Shown: piece by piece, positions 7,240 through 18,047 of the stretch
How positions within the stretch are numbered: position 1 is the stretch's first letter
Layout: each line of letters begins with the position of its first letter
The notes under the pieces: model-generated
What the model was told of the DNA's origin: nothing
Seen by the model: the letters and a program-made list of their open reading frames with translations, nothing else
Databases searched by the model: none
Source: a virus
Lineage: Duplodnaviria > Caudoviricetes
Direction: 5' to 3' (one strand)
Length of the DNA stretch: 40,280 bases
Virus record (IMG/VR): IMGVR_UViG_3300007562_000007
Location: 1 to 40,280 of that record
Position numbers and translations under genes: made by a program

Positions 7240-10200
7240 GCTGATAGATCTCCAATATGAATCCTAACTACACCGGAAGCATCATATACCTTAATGGCTC
7301 TACCGGTCATTTCCATTCTAGCGCCTGTCAATGCGGTTTTAACATCAAAGTTATCTGTTCCAACTAAAGCCAAACTACCAATTTGGGCAGCTCCAATTGC
7401 AGCATTTCCAATGTAAGTTGATACATTTGTTTCTGTGATTGAGCCTGAAAGATTACTTGTTGTTGAAGTGAAGTACTTCATTGTCACAGAATTTATACCA
7501 CTGTATCCATTAACAAATGAGCTGTCAAAATAGAATGTAAGATTCAAAGCTATACTTACAGTACGTAACACCACTCCATTTTTCTTATATTTCAAAACTC
7601 CTGCCAAATAGTATATTTCCAAAACATCCGTAGTTGTATAAGTACTGGAAAATCCAGCAACTTGTGTACCACTTTCATAAATATATAATCCACCGCCAGG
7701 AACCATATAAAAAGCATGATCAAGTCCTGTATAACTGGCATTCAAAGCAGGGTCTGTATTTAAACCTGCCATTGTATATGAATACAAATTATTGGCTTTA
7801 AAAGTTACAATAATCCCATTTGTATAGAATTGATTAGATATTGCTTGAGTATCCCATGCTGGAGTTGGATAAGTTCCAAAAGAAGCACTTGTTATTGAAG
7901 AGTTTGCAGAGTATAACAATTCTTTCAGATAATAAGCTCTTCCTGTAGGAATATCTGTGTAATGAAAAACAGATCCATTTTTCTTATAATATACAATACC
8001 ACCACTCACATCTACTTCAAATACATCTGTTGCTATATAAGTTGTACTTGGAGCGCCTGAGATTATTGCAGCATCTTTCATCGGATAAACACTACCGTTT
8101 GAAGACGCATAGAATCCAGTCTCCAATGTGTAATCAGGTCTTTCATAACCTATCTGAATATAGTCAATGGCACAACTTTCACCTATTGATTGTACAAAGT
8201 CAAACCTCAATTGTGTTATATTTCCACCAAATACATAATCAGAATCTATATTTCTCATATCAAGAATTATATCAGTCCATGCACCTGCTGTAGGCGTCGG
8301 CATATAGATAAACTGTCTGATCAAAGCGGCTTCACCATGCAATGGATTTGTGAAGTATAAGGCACCTTCCCAAACGCTACCTACAGTGAGTTTTGCTCTT
8401 ATCTTTATGATATAATTGTCGTATGGATTATAAGATAATGAAGTTAGTCTTAAGAATTGATCGCCAGCTGCGTTTGTAAATAATGTGGAAACACCGCTAT
8501 CATTTGTCGATACAGTACCTGCAAATGTTGTATTTGTAAGTAAAGCACCTGAAAAATCATAGGTGTAATTTGCCACAAAATCTATTGTCGCCAATCCAGC
8601 AATCCTATTGGTACTGTCAGCAGGAAATGAAAATTTAGCCGCACAATAATCAACATACGATTGCAATGACAAAGCTTTCTTATCCCAATCACCAGTTTGA
8701 TATGTACCAAATTGAATATTGGACAAAACACTATTAAGTACAAAACCGCTATAATGTAGATAAAAAGAACGCCCAGCAGTTGTTGCTGAAATTCTTACTA
8801 CAACACCATTTTTCTTATAGTACACATTTGAACCATAATATTCAACTTCCACTACATCGGTGGCTACGTAAGTTCCATATATACCTACTTGAGTACCATT
8901 CTCATATACTTGAAAAGCGCCTGATGCCAAATAGATAGCATAGTCAATACCACTATAAGTAGCCGTCGGGATCGCGTCACTGTTCAAACCTATCATTTGG
9001 TTTGAAGTTGTATCTGATGAAGCTCTTACTGCACAACCGCCTGTATAGCTTTGACTGCTGTATGCACCACTATCCCAAACAGAAGTTGTTCCACCAGTTT
9101 TAGTGATGGTATTTCCACTGATTGTTGTATTTGCAATATTGTTTAAAGTCAAAGTACTAGGTACAAGAGTTAAATTTGCAGGTCTAACTGCGGCACCGCC
9201 CGTAAAGGTTATGGCAGTTGGAGTATATCCGGAAGGCATATTGTAAGTACCAAATTGGATACCTGTCAACCCTCTACCACTAGTATAAATTGAACTGTCA
9301 AACCAAAAATTTCTTCCTACAATTGTATTTACACAACGAATTACAACACCATTCTTACGATAGATGACAACACAGTTAGTGTATTCTACTTCAAACACAT
9401 CTGATGGTAAATATGTACCAGTCACACCTGTAGACACATTACTTTCATATAACACAAAAGTATTTGCAGCTTGGAATATCACTTCATAGTCAATACTTGT
9501 ATGCGAAGCATCTGTCAATGGATCCGAGTTTAAACCAAATGCAGCATCTGTTGCAGCGGCACTTACAGAAGCTCTTACGGCACAACCACCTTGATAATAT
9601 TGAGTAGAATATGCTTGAGTATCCCATGCAGCTGTAGCTCCAGGTTTACTTGTTGAGTTTGCATTTATTGTTGCATTACCAGCTAAGGTTAAAGTACCTG
9701 CAGTGAATGTCCTATCTGTAAATGTACCCATTCTCAGGTTTTTGACCGTTGTATTTGGAGTGGCCAAAGAAATATCTAAGAAGAAAGTACGTCCAGCAGT
9801 AGTACCTACTGATCTAACAATTTGATTATTACGTCTGTAAGTTATATTTGAACCAACATACTCTACTCTAAACGTATCGAGCATTCCATATGCACCGGCA
9901 ATTTGAGTACCAACACTAGATTCATAAGCGTATACATTATTTGCGCTGTTGACATGAAATGCGTAGTCAAGACCTGTGTATGTGGCATCCAATGCAGGAT
10001 CCGTGTTTAGCGATACCATTATATCTTGAGCAATAGCATCTACTTGATATTCAATATAGCAGTTATTCGTAAATGACTGGGATGAATAAGCTTGAGTATC
10101 CCACGCATTTGCTCCAGCTACTTTGTAAATATTGTATACATAATCTACACCTTTACTTACTGTCGTACCGGCAACTGTGGCATCACCAGCCAATGTTAGA

Positions 10201-13200
10201 GTGCCAGCTGTATAAGATGTAGTCTTAGAAGCAGCATTGGAAGCTATTGTCGCATTACCGGCTAGTGTCAAAGCACTTGAGTTTTGAACGTAATCACCGA
10301 TTGTAGCACCAACTGTCGCACCAGCTTCAATACCAGTTAATTTAGTACCTTCAGCCGAATTAATTCCGGCCAATGTAGTAGGTCTATCGCCAATATTGGT
10401 CCATTTTTGATCCAATACATGAGGAAGCCAAGGAGTTCTTGTTGAACTTCTTTCTATTTTAACATCACATACTCTAATATCCCCAGAAGCATGTTGCCCA
10501 GCTTGAGCAAAGAATCTCATACTACAAGATGCCATATTAACGTCAGCGCTATTAAACACAAAAGTATATAATGTTGGTACTATTGTAGGAGTTACAGCAT
10601 ATTGAGGTAAAGTATCTGGATATAAGTCAACTTGTAATGTACCACCAGCCACGGTAGTCCAGCATTCAAAAGATACTACATAATCCGCTGAAGTCGCTAA
10701 GTTTAAAGTTTCAGAGGTTGCAGAAATTGTACCCGCACCTGCTGCTAATAATAAAGCTTGTTTATTAGCTGCATAAACATTTTGTTCTATAGTTACACTA
10801 TTTAGGGTCCAAGTATCTACTGATCTAACTAAGTTAGGATTAAATCTAATCTCGCTATTTTGAACTTCTTCAATTGCGGGAGTCCAAGCAGAATACTTAT
10901 TACCTTCTTCTAGTTTAACAGTTGCCACATTAAAAACATAGCCTGCAACAAAAACAGCCGGATAATAGAAATAAAATCTACAATAACAAGCACCAGCACT
11001 GACAGGAGTTTTAAAGGTTTGATAAACCATTTTCCAAGAAGTGCTTATTGTATTTTCAGCAACTAAACCTGTTTCTTGGTGTAAGTTAGCAGTATCTTCA
11101 TCCCTCCAAACCTGAATATGTAATGGTGTGTCGTAATTGTTAGCGGCAGAAGCAGCAGAACCTTTAACTAATGCACTAACGGTATATTCAGTATCCGCTT
11201 TTAATCGCATGACGTTACTGTTTAAAATACCACCTGCTCCAACTAATTTAATGGTTGGATAGCCTGCATATAAAGTGGCATAATCAAGAGTTAAAGTAGA
11301 ACCGTTTGTAGTCCAAGAGTCCAAACTATCAAATTGTCCACTGTTACGCATAAGGTTAGTGCCACCTACTTTAACTAAGGCGTTATTAACCACAGTTCCA
11401 GCATTTGCACTTACACCTTGAATAGCTCCATTGGCGTCTACATAAGTGTTATTAGCATCCAAAGCGCCAGTATAAGTATCTCTAAAGTTTGGTGGTATAG
11501 TAAAAGCTGAAGGAGTTGTTGCGTTACCAACTTGCTCTTCCAACATTACACCATCAATCCAGAAGTTCTTATTCAAAGCATGATTATCAAATCTCAATTT
11601 AAATGATGTTAATGCACTTGCAGATAAGTCCAATATACCCCAAAGCCTAGTCCAAGTGGCTGCCGTTAGAGCTGTAGCATTATACACAGAAGGGTATAGA
11701 CTTGCGCCATCATATAAACCACCAAAAACACCAGATACGTTCCAAACAGCTGCCGCGGTTGCTGTGTCACTGTAAACATAATAAGAAAATATCCATTTCT
11801 TATTTGGAGGAATTATTACAGGATAATCTGTAGTAGATATGAAGCTACTTGCAACGCTTGTGGTTGCAAATTTCATTGATTTTGTTCCAAAATACTTAAT
11901 GGCTGTATCTTGTGACAAAGTAACTGTTGCTCCTGAGCTGAAAGGAGGTAAGGTTGCTTCTTCAAAAGTGCAATGCCTTGGAGACATCGCATTGACACCA
12001 CTACCTGCAACCTGATCTACAGTGATATCTGAAACCTTAACCCACGCACTACCATCCCATTGATTTAAACTTCCTGTGCCTACAGTAGTATTGTACCATA
12101 GGTCTCCAGTAGTATATGTTCCACCTGTAGGAGTTGTGGTTTGTCGATAGATAGCATTCTTGGTTGCATCCAAAGCACCGACAAATTTCTCAAGGAAATT
12201 AGGAGGCACGTTAAAAGCACTAGGAGTTGTTAAAGTTCCTATTTGCTGTTCCACCATTAAACCATCAAACCATACTATACCGCCAGCTGTGTTGACATCA
12301 ATACGCATAATGGCTTGAGTTGAAGCATCTGTAGTTAAATCAATTACACCACTTATTCTAGTCCAAGTGTTTGCCACAGTAATGCCAGAAGCCGGATAAT
12401 GTGCCACAGGTGTCTTAATATAAATATCACAAGAAGTTCCAGCAGTTGCACTATAAATATAGCCAGATATGATCCACTTCTTATTAGGTTGTAAAGTTAT
12501 ATTATGATCAGCATTTGTAGCGCCTAGATAAGTATATGCTTCTAAGGTAGCGCAAGTCATTTTGACAGACTTAGTTCCAAAGAATTTTTGAGCAGTATCT
12601 AGAATAATTGTACCGCTATTAGCAACTCCCGATACTGGAGGTAAAGTTGCTTCTTCAAAAGTACAATATCTAGGATTACAGATATTTATACCATTACCAC
12701 TTAACTGGTTCAAAGTAACGTCGGCATTGGGTGCAGGAATATTAGTTCCAGTGACATTATTCCAATTGAAACCTGTTCCTGTCTGAAATATAGCTGTACC
12801 ATTGGCATTTCTGATGTCAATGCCATTCGCATAAAGAGTGCCTGTTTTATCAAGCCTCCAACCTGCATATGTACCAGTTGTAGAATAGTTACTAGATTGT
12901 AGAATATTATCAATCTGGGCCATTTCAGTAATTACTGCTGTACCTGTAACAAGTTGTCCAGCACCAACAGAACCTGCAATTAGCTGACTTCCGCTGAAAA
13001 ATGCGGAACCATCACCACCTTTTAACCCTGTATAAGCAGCACCTCCAGAATAAGAAGCAAGTATCCACTTATTTGCACCTATAGCAGTTGAAAGTGTAGT
13101 TGTAGTCTGTAATGCAGTTGTACTAATAGTTGGATCAAAATACACATATATTTTTGCTGTGGTGTATGCCACACCTGCAGTATTTGCAGAAATTGTATAA

Positions 13201-16200
13201 GTAGTTGTACCATTTTTGATAATGGATCCACCTGTCCAATATACACTATTTGCAGTAGGTGTATTTGCCGTAAAAGAAATACCTGTCAAATTCCATTGAT
13301 TGACTTCAGCTGTTGTTGAAGTTGCGGCCTGTCTAGGAGAACTTTCAATACCTGCACCATAATGATCATGCACAATTACAGTGTAATAATAAGTTGTTCC
13401 AGCAGTTGCTTCAAAGTCTACATAGTTATTTGTGGTAATTATTGAGGTGGGTGTACCACCTGTGGCAGCTGTATATTGATTAAATTGATATTTAACAATA
13501 TCAGTGTCAGTCACAAAAGTAGCTTTTAGTGCCGTAACACCCATCAATCCACTTACTGTAAAGGTTGTGGCCACTGGAGCTGTATTTTCTATGGTTGCAT
13601 TGGTGGATGTCAATGACAAATAACCTGCGGAATCCAACACAAATACCTTTACATCAAACTTTCTTGTAGCTGTTCCAAATATTGCAACATTCTCTTCATA
13701 GCTTAACTTAAACGTACCGCCCAAATCAAAATTTGGAGTTATATTGTAAGTCGCTTTTAAAGTTGTTGTTCCAAAATTAAATATCTGCAATACATATTTA
13801 GAGATACTTGCATTTTTAACACTATTAATCGCTGGATTTGCCCAAGTCAAGGTTACATCACGAGTATTGAAAAATGTATCTGTTTTTCCTTCTACTTTTA
13901 AATTTGTTGGAGGTTGTAAATCAGATACTTGTAAAGCAGCTGTTCCTGTTCCAGTATAAGCTGTTATCAATTTATTATTTTTGATATCATCAATATTTAT
14001 ACTGGTTTTGACTGTATGCAAAGTTGCATCAGTAGATTTTATGTCAAAATAAACATACAAAATACCTGTTGTCCAAGTTGCACTTGAAGCTGTTACTGTA
14101 GTCAACAACGTGTTATTTTTGTAAACACTGAAAGCATTCCAAGCAATCACCTTTGTTGTACCATTTGGGGTCAACACTAAATTTTCAAACTTATAAGTAT
14201 TTGGATTGAAAAACTCAGCTTCAACTGTACTGGTGTATGTGAAATTTGAGGTTCTACCTGATCTTGAAAAAGCTTTTACACCGAAGAAAGCACTTGTCAC
14301 ATCCAACTTAGGAAGCACAAAAGTTGTGTCTGTGGCTCTGCCTATCTCATTGAATATTGGTAAACCATCAATGGTTTTGGGATCACCTGCAGCATGCATA
14401 TATAGGATGTAACCGGCAAGTTCTGAAAAACTCACTGCAGTCCAATCCAATGTACCTGAAGTATCCGCCAAAGCATTTGACTCAGGAGTGAATACCAATT
14501 GAGATGGTGAAGGTATAGAAGTATTGTACAAATTATTCGGTTGTATGTACTGGTCTATCTTTTGCGCCCATGCCAATTGAGTGTAGTCGAATCTCTGAGC
14601 TACAACCTCACAAGTATTGTCTTCTCCAACTTTTACACTGTTTATTCTAAAGTAAGTGTTGGATATTGCCAATGTTGTACTGTTAACTATTACAAAGTCA
14701 CCAGGCTCATAGTATTTTTCATTCAAAATGTATTTGAATTTCAAAGTATAGGCAGACCTACTTGTTCTTACCAATTCTTCAGCCTTTGCCAATGCATGAT
14801 AATAATCACTTATGCCATCAGAAAACATTTCAGACTCTAACGGAATACTGGCATCTTCAAGCAACATTTTATTGTAAACTGTGGCATCTGTTGTGATTGT
14901 TGCAATCGAACTATAAGCAGTTTCTCTTGTTGACCAAATTATCTTTGTTCCAAACAACAGTCTAGCTCCAGCAGCTTTTTCCAAAGAAGTGTTAGTCGCA
15001 GTTATTACAATTTTGTAAACTGTATCTGCTAAAGCATTACCCAATGTTATTGTTGAGCTGCTCAATACTTGCCAGTTAGTATTTGTGTAAGTACCCAATA
15101 CTGTAGCGCCACTATATAGTGTCAGTGTCATTGAGTTATCTGCACAATATTCCAAGGTCATTGCACCAACATCGGCTTTTCTCACAATAAAATTATAAGT
15201 TAAAGTTGTTGTGTTGGTTGTACCTGACCATACACCATAATTGTTTAGAAATCTACCGCCTGTGTAATTTTCATCATAACTGTAATCTGCCAATGGATAC
15301 TTAATACCGCCCACACCTCTTAAGTATGTTGCTGATACTTTTGGTGGCCATGATACAGAATCTTCTTTGAAGTTTTCACATTCATTTTGAAAGCGTATTG
15401 TACAGTTATTTAGCCTTTCACTCGCGCTTGGCCAAGTTATTTCAAAGTCTTGATCCAATACTAAGTTATCATCTGTTATTGTACCTGCGGAAACAATTCC
15501 AGAGTTACCGACAATAGGTAAACCATTTGCATCAAAGCTAACAATTGGATACTGTAAACTTAGTTTATATTTACCACCGGACCAAATAAGTCTGGCATCA
15601 GCCATAGTTCCTAAAAGAGTTTCAATATTATCTCTGATTGTCTTTTTAGGATCTATGATTATATTACATTCATATAACGGTAAGTCTCTTACAACATTAC
15701 CATTTAAAGTTGTTGCTGGTGCGTTTATTGAACCATCTGTAGGTTTCCAAATCTTACCACCTACCACAACATTCTTTTGAACCACTCTATTGCAAACAAC
15801 TGCTGCAGCTTCAAAAGAAGAAAAATCAATTTCGGACGTATCTACTCCTGCACCGGCCACAGAATCTAATAAGTAATCCAATAAACACCATGAAGGATTA
15901 TTACTATATTCCCATGTTGTGTTTAAAATACCACTTACAACCTTTCTGATTAATTTACCTTCTATTAAGAATTGTAAAGTAGGTACCGAAGTGAATTGTG
16001 GATCGTCTCTATCTATTCTAAATACAGCTGATGCATAAGCCATGCCATCGAATGTTGCTGTACTTCTATCTGGAAAATTGGCCGAAATTAAAGAATCGGC
16101 TTTACCAATACCTGTAGCATTAAAATGAGTATCAATTCTCAGAGCTGACCTAGGCTTGTTAGGATCATCCCATTTGGTTTTTTCTGGAGAATTTTCTTCA

Positions 16201-16745
16201 GTGAAATAGTTCGAGGATGGTACACTACCGTAAGTACCTAAAGCAGGGTCGTCTAAGTATCTTGACTCATCTATGATAACGTCCAAAATATCATTGATTG
16301 GACCTCTACAGATAGCTTGTTGAAAATATAAAAACTCATTTCTAGAACCATCTGTGAAAGAATGATCCAATAGTGTCGATTGCGTATAAGCATAGTTTGT
16401 CTTTACAAGACTTGCTACACCAGTAACATCATTGACAAGCATTGAGTAAAAACCTGATCTTGTTTGAGACAATCCTGTATAAAAAGCCTTATCAGCGTTT
16501 GTTGCTACGTAGTTAAAATCGCTGGAGGTATTGTGATATACCCTTACACCGCCTATTTTAACGCGTCCATAAGCCAACGAAATATTGTCAGGATTTCCTT
16601 CCGTTACCAGTTCATAACCTTTTCTGGCATCTGCAGCGTCATTATTTTGTTGTGGCGTTTTCTTTTTTGATTGAGTCAGTTGATATATTGTTGATGCAAT
16701 TGTCATTGCCAAAGATATCAACATGAATACCGTAGACCATGCCAT
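7236..16745 (-). CDS. giant tail tip / host-specificity (gpJ-like) protein with FN3-like, carbohydrate-binding-like and beta-sandwich repeats
   Basis: N-terminal tip motifs (AYGRVKIGG, SNNPSWCLLDYL, EPGDFV), J-like LQSSNY...AGWRLDKTG and C-terminal IKVYDASGVVRIHIGDL; 3169 aa. Confidence 0.9.
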   Translation of the reverse strand: MAWSTVFMLISLAMTIASTIYQLTQSKKKTPQQNNDAADARKGYELVTEGNPDNISLAYGRVKIGGVRVYHNTSSDFNYVATNADKAFYTGLSQTRSGFYSMLVNDVTGVASLVKTNYAYTQSTLLDHSFTDGSRNEFLYFQQAICRGPINDILDVIIDESRYLDDPALGTYGSVPSSNYFTEENSPEKTKWDDPNKPRSALRIDTHFNATGIGKADSLISANFPDRSTATFDGMAYASAVFRIDRDDPQFTSVPTLQFLIEGKLIRKVVSGILNTTWEYSNNPSWCLLDYLLDSVAGAGVDTSEIDFSSFEAAAVVCNRVVQKNVVVGGKIWKPTDGSINAPATTLNGNVVRDLPLYECNIIIDPKKTIRDNIETLLGTMADARLIWSGGKYKLSLQYPIVSFDANGLPIVGNSGIVSAGTITDDNLVLDQDFEITWPSASERLNNCTIRFQNECENFKEDSVSWPPKVSATYLRGVGGIKYPLADYSYDENYTGGRFLNNYGVWSGTTNTTTLTYNFIVRKADVGAMTLEYCADNSMTLTLYSGATVLGTYTNTNWQVLSSSTITLGNALADTVYKIVITATNTSLEKAAGARLLFGTKIIWSTRETAYSSIATITTDATVYNKMLLEDASIPLESEMFSDGISDYYHALAKAEELVRTSRSAYTLKFKYILNEKYYEPGDFVIVNSTTLAISNTYFRINSVKVGEDNTCEVVAQRFDYTQLAWAQKIDQYIQPNNLYNTSIPSPSQLVFTPESNALADTSGTLDWTAVSFSELAGYILYMHAAGDPKTIDGLPIFNEIGRATDTTFVLPKLDVTSAFFGVKAFSRSGRTSNFTYTSTVEAEFFNPNTYKFENLVLTPNGTTKVIAWNAFSVYKNNTLLTTVTASSATWTTGILYVYFDIKSTDATLHTVKTSINIDDIKNNKLITAYTGTGTAALQVSDLQPPTNLKVEGKTDTFFNTRDVTLTWANPAINSVKNASISKYVLQIFNFGTTTLKATYNITPNFDLGGTFKLSYEENVAIFGTATRKFDVKVFVLDSAGYLSLTSTNATIENTAPVATTFTVSGLMGVTALKATFVTDTDIVKYQFNQYTAATGGTPTSIITTNNYVDFEATAGTTYYYTVIVHDHYGAGIESSPRQAATSTTAEVNQWNLTGISFTANTPTANSVYWTGGSIIKNGTTTYTISANTAGVAYTTAKIYVYFDPTISTTALQTTTTLSTAIGANKWILASYSGGAAYTGLKGGDGSAFFSGSQLIAGSVGAGQLVTGTAVITEMAQIDNILQSSNYSTTGTYAGWRLDKTGTLYANGIDIRNANGTAIFQTGTGFNWNNVTGTNIPAPNADVTLNQLSGNGINICNPRYCTFEEATLPPVSGVANSGTIILDTAQKFFGTKSVKMTCATLEAYTYLGATNADHNITLQPNKKWIISGYIYSATAGTSCDIYIKTPVAHYPASGITVANTWTRISGVIDLTTDASTQAIMRIDVNTAGGIVWFDGLMVEQQIGTLTTPSAFNVPPNFLEKFVGALDATKNAIYRQTTTPTGGTYTTGDLWYNTTVGTGSLNQWDGSAWVKVSDITVDQVAGSGVNAMSPRHCTFEEATLPPFSSGATVTLSQDTAIKYFGTKSMKFATTSVASSFISTTDYPVIIPPNKKWIFSYYVYSDTATAAAVWNVSGVFGGLYDGASLYPSVYNATALTAATWTRLWGILDLSASALTSFKLRFDNHALNKNFWIDGVMLEEQVGNATTPSAFTIPPNFRDTYTGALDANNTYVDANGAIQGVSANAGTVVNNALVKVGGTNLMRNSGQFDSLDSWTTNGSTLTLDYATLYAGYPTIKLVGAGGILNSNVMRLKADTEYTVSALVKGSAASAANNYDTPLHIQVWRDEDTANLHQETGLVAENTISTSWKMVYQTFKTPVSAGACYCRFYFYYPAVFVAGYVFNVATVKLEEGNKYSAWTPAIEEVQNSEIRFNPNLVRSVDTWTLNSVTIEQNVYAANKQALLLAAGAGTISATSETLNLATSADYVVSFECWTTVAGGTLQVDLYPDTLPQYAVTPTIVPTLYTFVFNSADVNMASCSMRFFAQAGQHASGDIRVCDVKIERSSTRTPWLPHVLDQKWTNIGDRPTTLAGINSAEGTKLTGIEAGATVGATIGDYVQNSSALTLAGNATIASNAASKTTSYTAGTLTLAGDATVAGTTVSKGVDYVYNIYKVAGANAWDTQAYSSQSFTNNCYIEYQVDAIAQDIMVSLNTDPALDATYTGLDYAFHVNSANNVYAYESSVGTQIAGAYGMLDTFRVEYVGSNITYRRNNQIVRSVGTTAGRTFFLDISLATPNTTVKNLRMGTFTDRTFTAGTLTLAGNATINANSTSKPGATAAWDTQAYSTQYYQGGCAVRASVSAAATDAAFGLNSDPLTDASHTSIDYEVIFQAANTFVLYESNVSTGVTGTYLPSDVFEVEYTNCVVIYRKNGVVIRCVNTIVGRNFWFDSSIYTSGRGLTGIQFGTYNMPSGYTPTAITFTGGAAVRPANLTLVPSTLTLNNIANTTISGNTITKTGGTTSVWDSGAYSSQSYTGGCAVRASSDTTSNQMIGLNSDAIPTATYSGIDYAIYLASGAFQVYENGTQVGIYGTYVATDVVEVEYYGSNVYYKKNGVVVRISATTAGRSFYLHYSGFVLNSVLSNIQFGTYQTGDWDKKALSLQSYVDYCAAKFSFPADSTNRIAGLATIDFVANYTYDFSGALLTNTTFAGTVSTNDSGVSTLFTNAAGDQFLRLTSLSYNPYDNYIIKIRAKLTVGSVWEGALYFTNPLHGEAALIRQFIYMPTPTAGAWTDIILDMRNIDSDYVFGGNITQLRFDFVQSIGESCAIDYIQIGYERPDYTLETGFYASSNGSVYPMKDAAIISGAPSTTYIATDVFEVDVSGGIVYYKKNGSVFHYTDIPTGRAYYLKELLYSANSSITSASFGTYPTPAWDTQAISNQFYTNGIIVTFKANNLYSYTMAGLNTDPALNASYTGLDHAFYMVPGGGLYIYESGTQVAGFSSTYTTTDVLEIYYLAGVLKYKKNGVVLRTVSIALNLTFYFDSSFVNGYSGINSVTMKYFTSTTSNLSGSITETNVSTYIGNAAIGAAQIGSLALVGTDNFDVKTALTGARMEMTGRAIKVYDASGVVRIHIGDLSA

Positions 16746-17413
16746 TATACTTTACCCCATTTGAGTGTTATTGCGCCTGAGCCTTCATATATTTGATCGC
16801 AGCTCGAATCATTCGCATTTACTTGTCTAATATAATCCCTACTAAGGAATATAGATTTTTTTCTATCCAAATTCCTCATAGGACTTGAACCTGTTAGTTG
16901 TAATAATGCTTCACCAATCTCGTTAGTCTTGATGGAATAATTTACACCATCTATTCTACCTTTATAAACAAGAATAGTATCTACGAGTTCTAAGTAAGGA
17001 GCATAAGTATCAACATTCACAAAGCCTAAACGACCTTCTATGGTGAGGCCGACTAAATTAGCATTTGTATTTGCCAATTGTGTAAAACTATTATTTGTTA
17101 AAGTGATCTTACCTGTATTGGCATCAACTTGTGGTGCTGTCGAATACAAATCACTACATGCTATAACGGCTCTATATTGTTCTCTATCAACGTTTGTGTT
17201 CAGTTGAGGAGGATCTACTGACATAATAGAACCATCAGAATAATAAAAATGTGTTGCTACAGCTACGCCTGAACTTAATAATTGCACGTCAGTTGCGTAG
17301 GTTGTACTTGCATACATCACTGTGTTATCATAATTTAAGATACGAAGCATATAAAATGCCTCGATAGTATCTCTTGCCAAAGCTGTTTGAATATTAGAAC
17401 TGAATGTTAACAT
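16745..17413 (-). CDS. baseplate hub / minor tail protein
   Basis: between Dit and tip; YKGRIDG and C-terminal LKWG motifs of siphovirus hub proteins. Confidence 0.7.
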   Translation of the reverse strand: MLTFSSNIQTALARDTIEAFYMLRILNYDNTVMYASTTYATDVQLLSSGVAVATHFYYSDGSIMSVDPPQLNTNVDREQYRAVIACSDLYSTAPQVDANTGKITLTNNSFTQLANTNANLVGLTIEGRLGFVNVDTYAPYLELVDTILVYKGRIDGVNYSIKTNEIGEALLQLTGSSPMRNLDRKKSIFLSRDYIRQVNANDSSCDQIYEGSGAITLKWGKV

Positions 17414-18045
17414 TAAACTGCCTCTATTAACTTTATTGTACCATTATCCATCAGTATACCATCTTCGAATACCATACCCTTGACAGAGTCTGTGTCATAT
17501 TTGACGAGCATCTGAACATCTTCTTGATAGGTTACAGTATTACCGGCAGCTAAAGCTGTTCTCAATGCTGGATAAATATTCAATGTAACTGTGTTCAAAG
17601 TGCCTGACAATGTAGCATCACTTGTTGTCATATAAACTTTAGAGTGATTACTGAATTTGATGAATGTACCTTTTGGAATTACTTTAGCGTTATTTACAGC
17701 GTTTGCTGAAATAGTCACTGATGTTAAATTTGCAGCTGTTGCCGCGAATACTGTTACTGTACCTGTTGCCGTTTTAGCCATGACAGATCCAACATTTTGT
17801 GGAGTCAATATCGTTAATGTGCTAGAGCTACCCTTAGTTATAAAATCTACCATTAGATCTTGAGCAGAAGCGGTAAGGGGAAATAGACGAGTCTCTATTT
17901 CCCACCGTTGTGCAGCTCTTCTATAAGTATTTCTTTTTAAAGAAAGGGTATCTGATACAAAAATAGGCTGATTACTTCTAAGTGTTAACGGGCTAACAAA
18001 TTGAGCAATTACAGTACTTGTTGATGTATTGTAGATACCATACAT
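17413..18045 (-). CDS. distal tail protein (Dit, T5 pb9-like)
   Basis: directly after TMP; AAQRWEI, GTFIKFSNHSKVY and IYPALR motifs. Confidence 0.75.
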   Translation of the reverse strand: MYGIYNTSTSTVIAQFVSPLTLRSNQPIFVSDTLSLKRNTYRRAAQRWEIETRLFPLTASAQDLMVDFITKGSSSTLTILTPQNVGSVMAKTATGTVTVFAATAANLTSVTISANAVNNAKVIPKGTFIKFSNHSKVYMTTSDATLSGTLNTVTLNIYPALRTALAAGNTVTYQEDVQMLVKYDTDSVKGMVFEDGILMDNGTIKLIEAV

Positions 18046-18047
18046 AA

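Noticed and set aside
7460-12700. Diversity-generating retroelement or invertible shufflon in the tail-tip gene
   Set aside because: Repeats are diverged in-frame protein domains; no adenine-specific TR/VR pair, reverse transcriptase or invertase in the window
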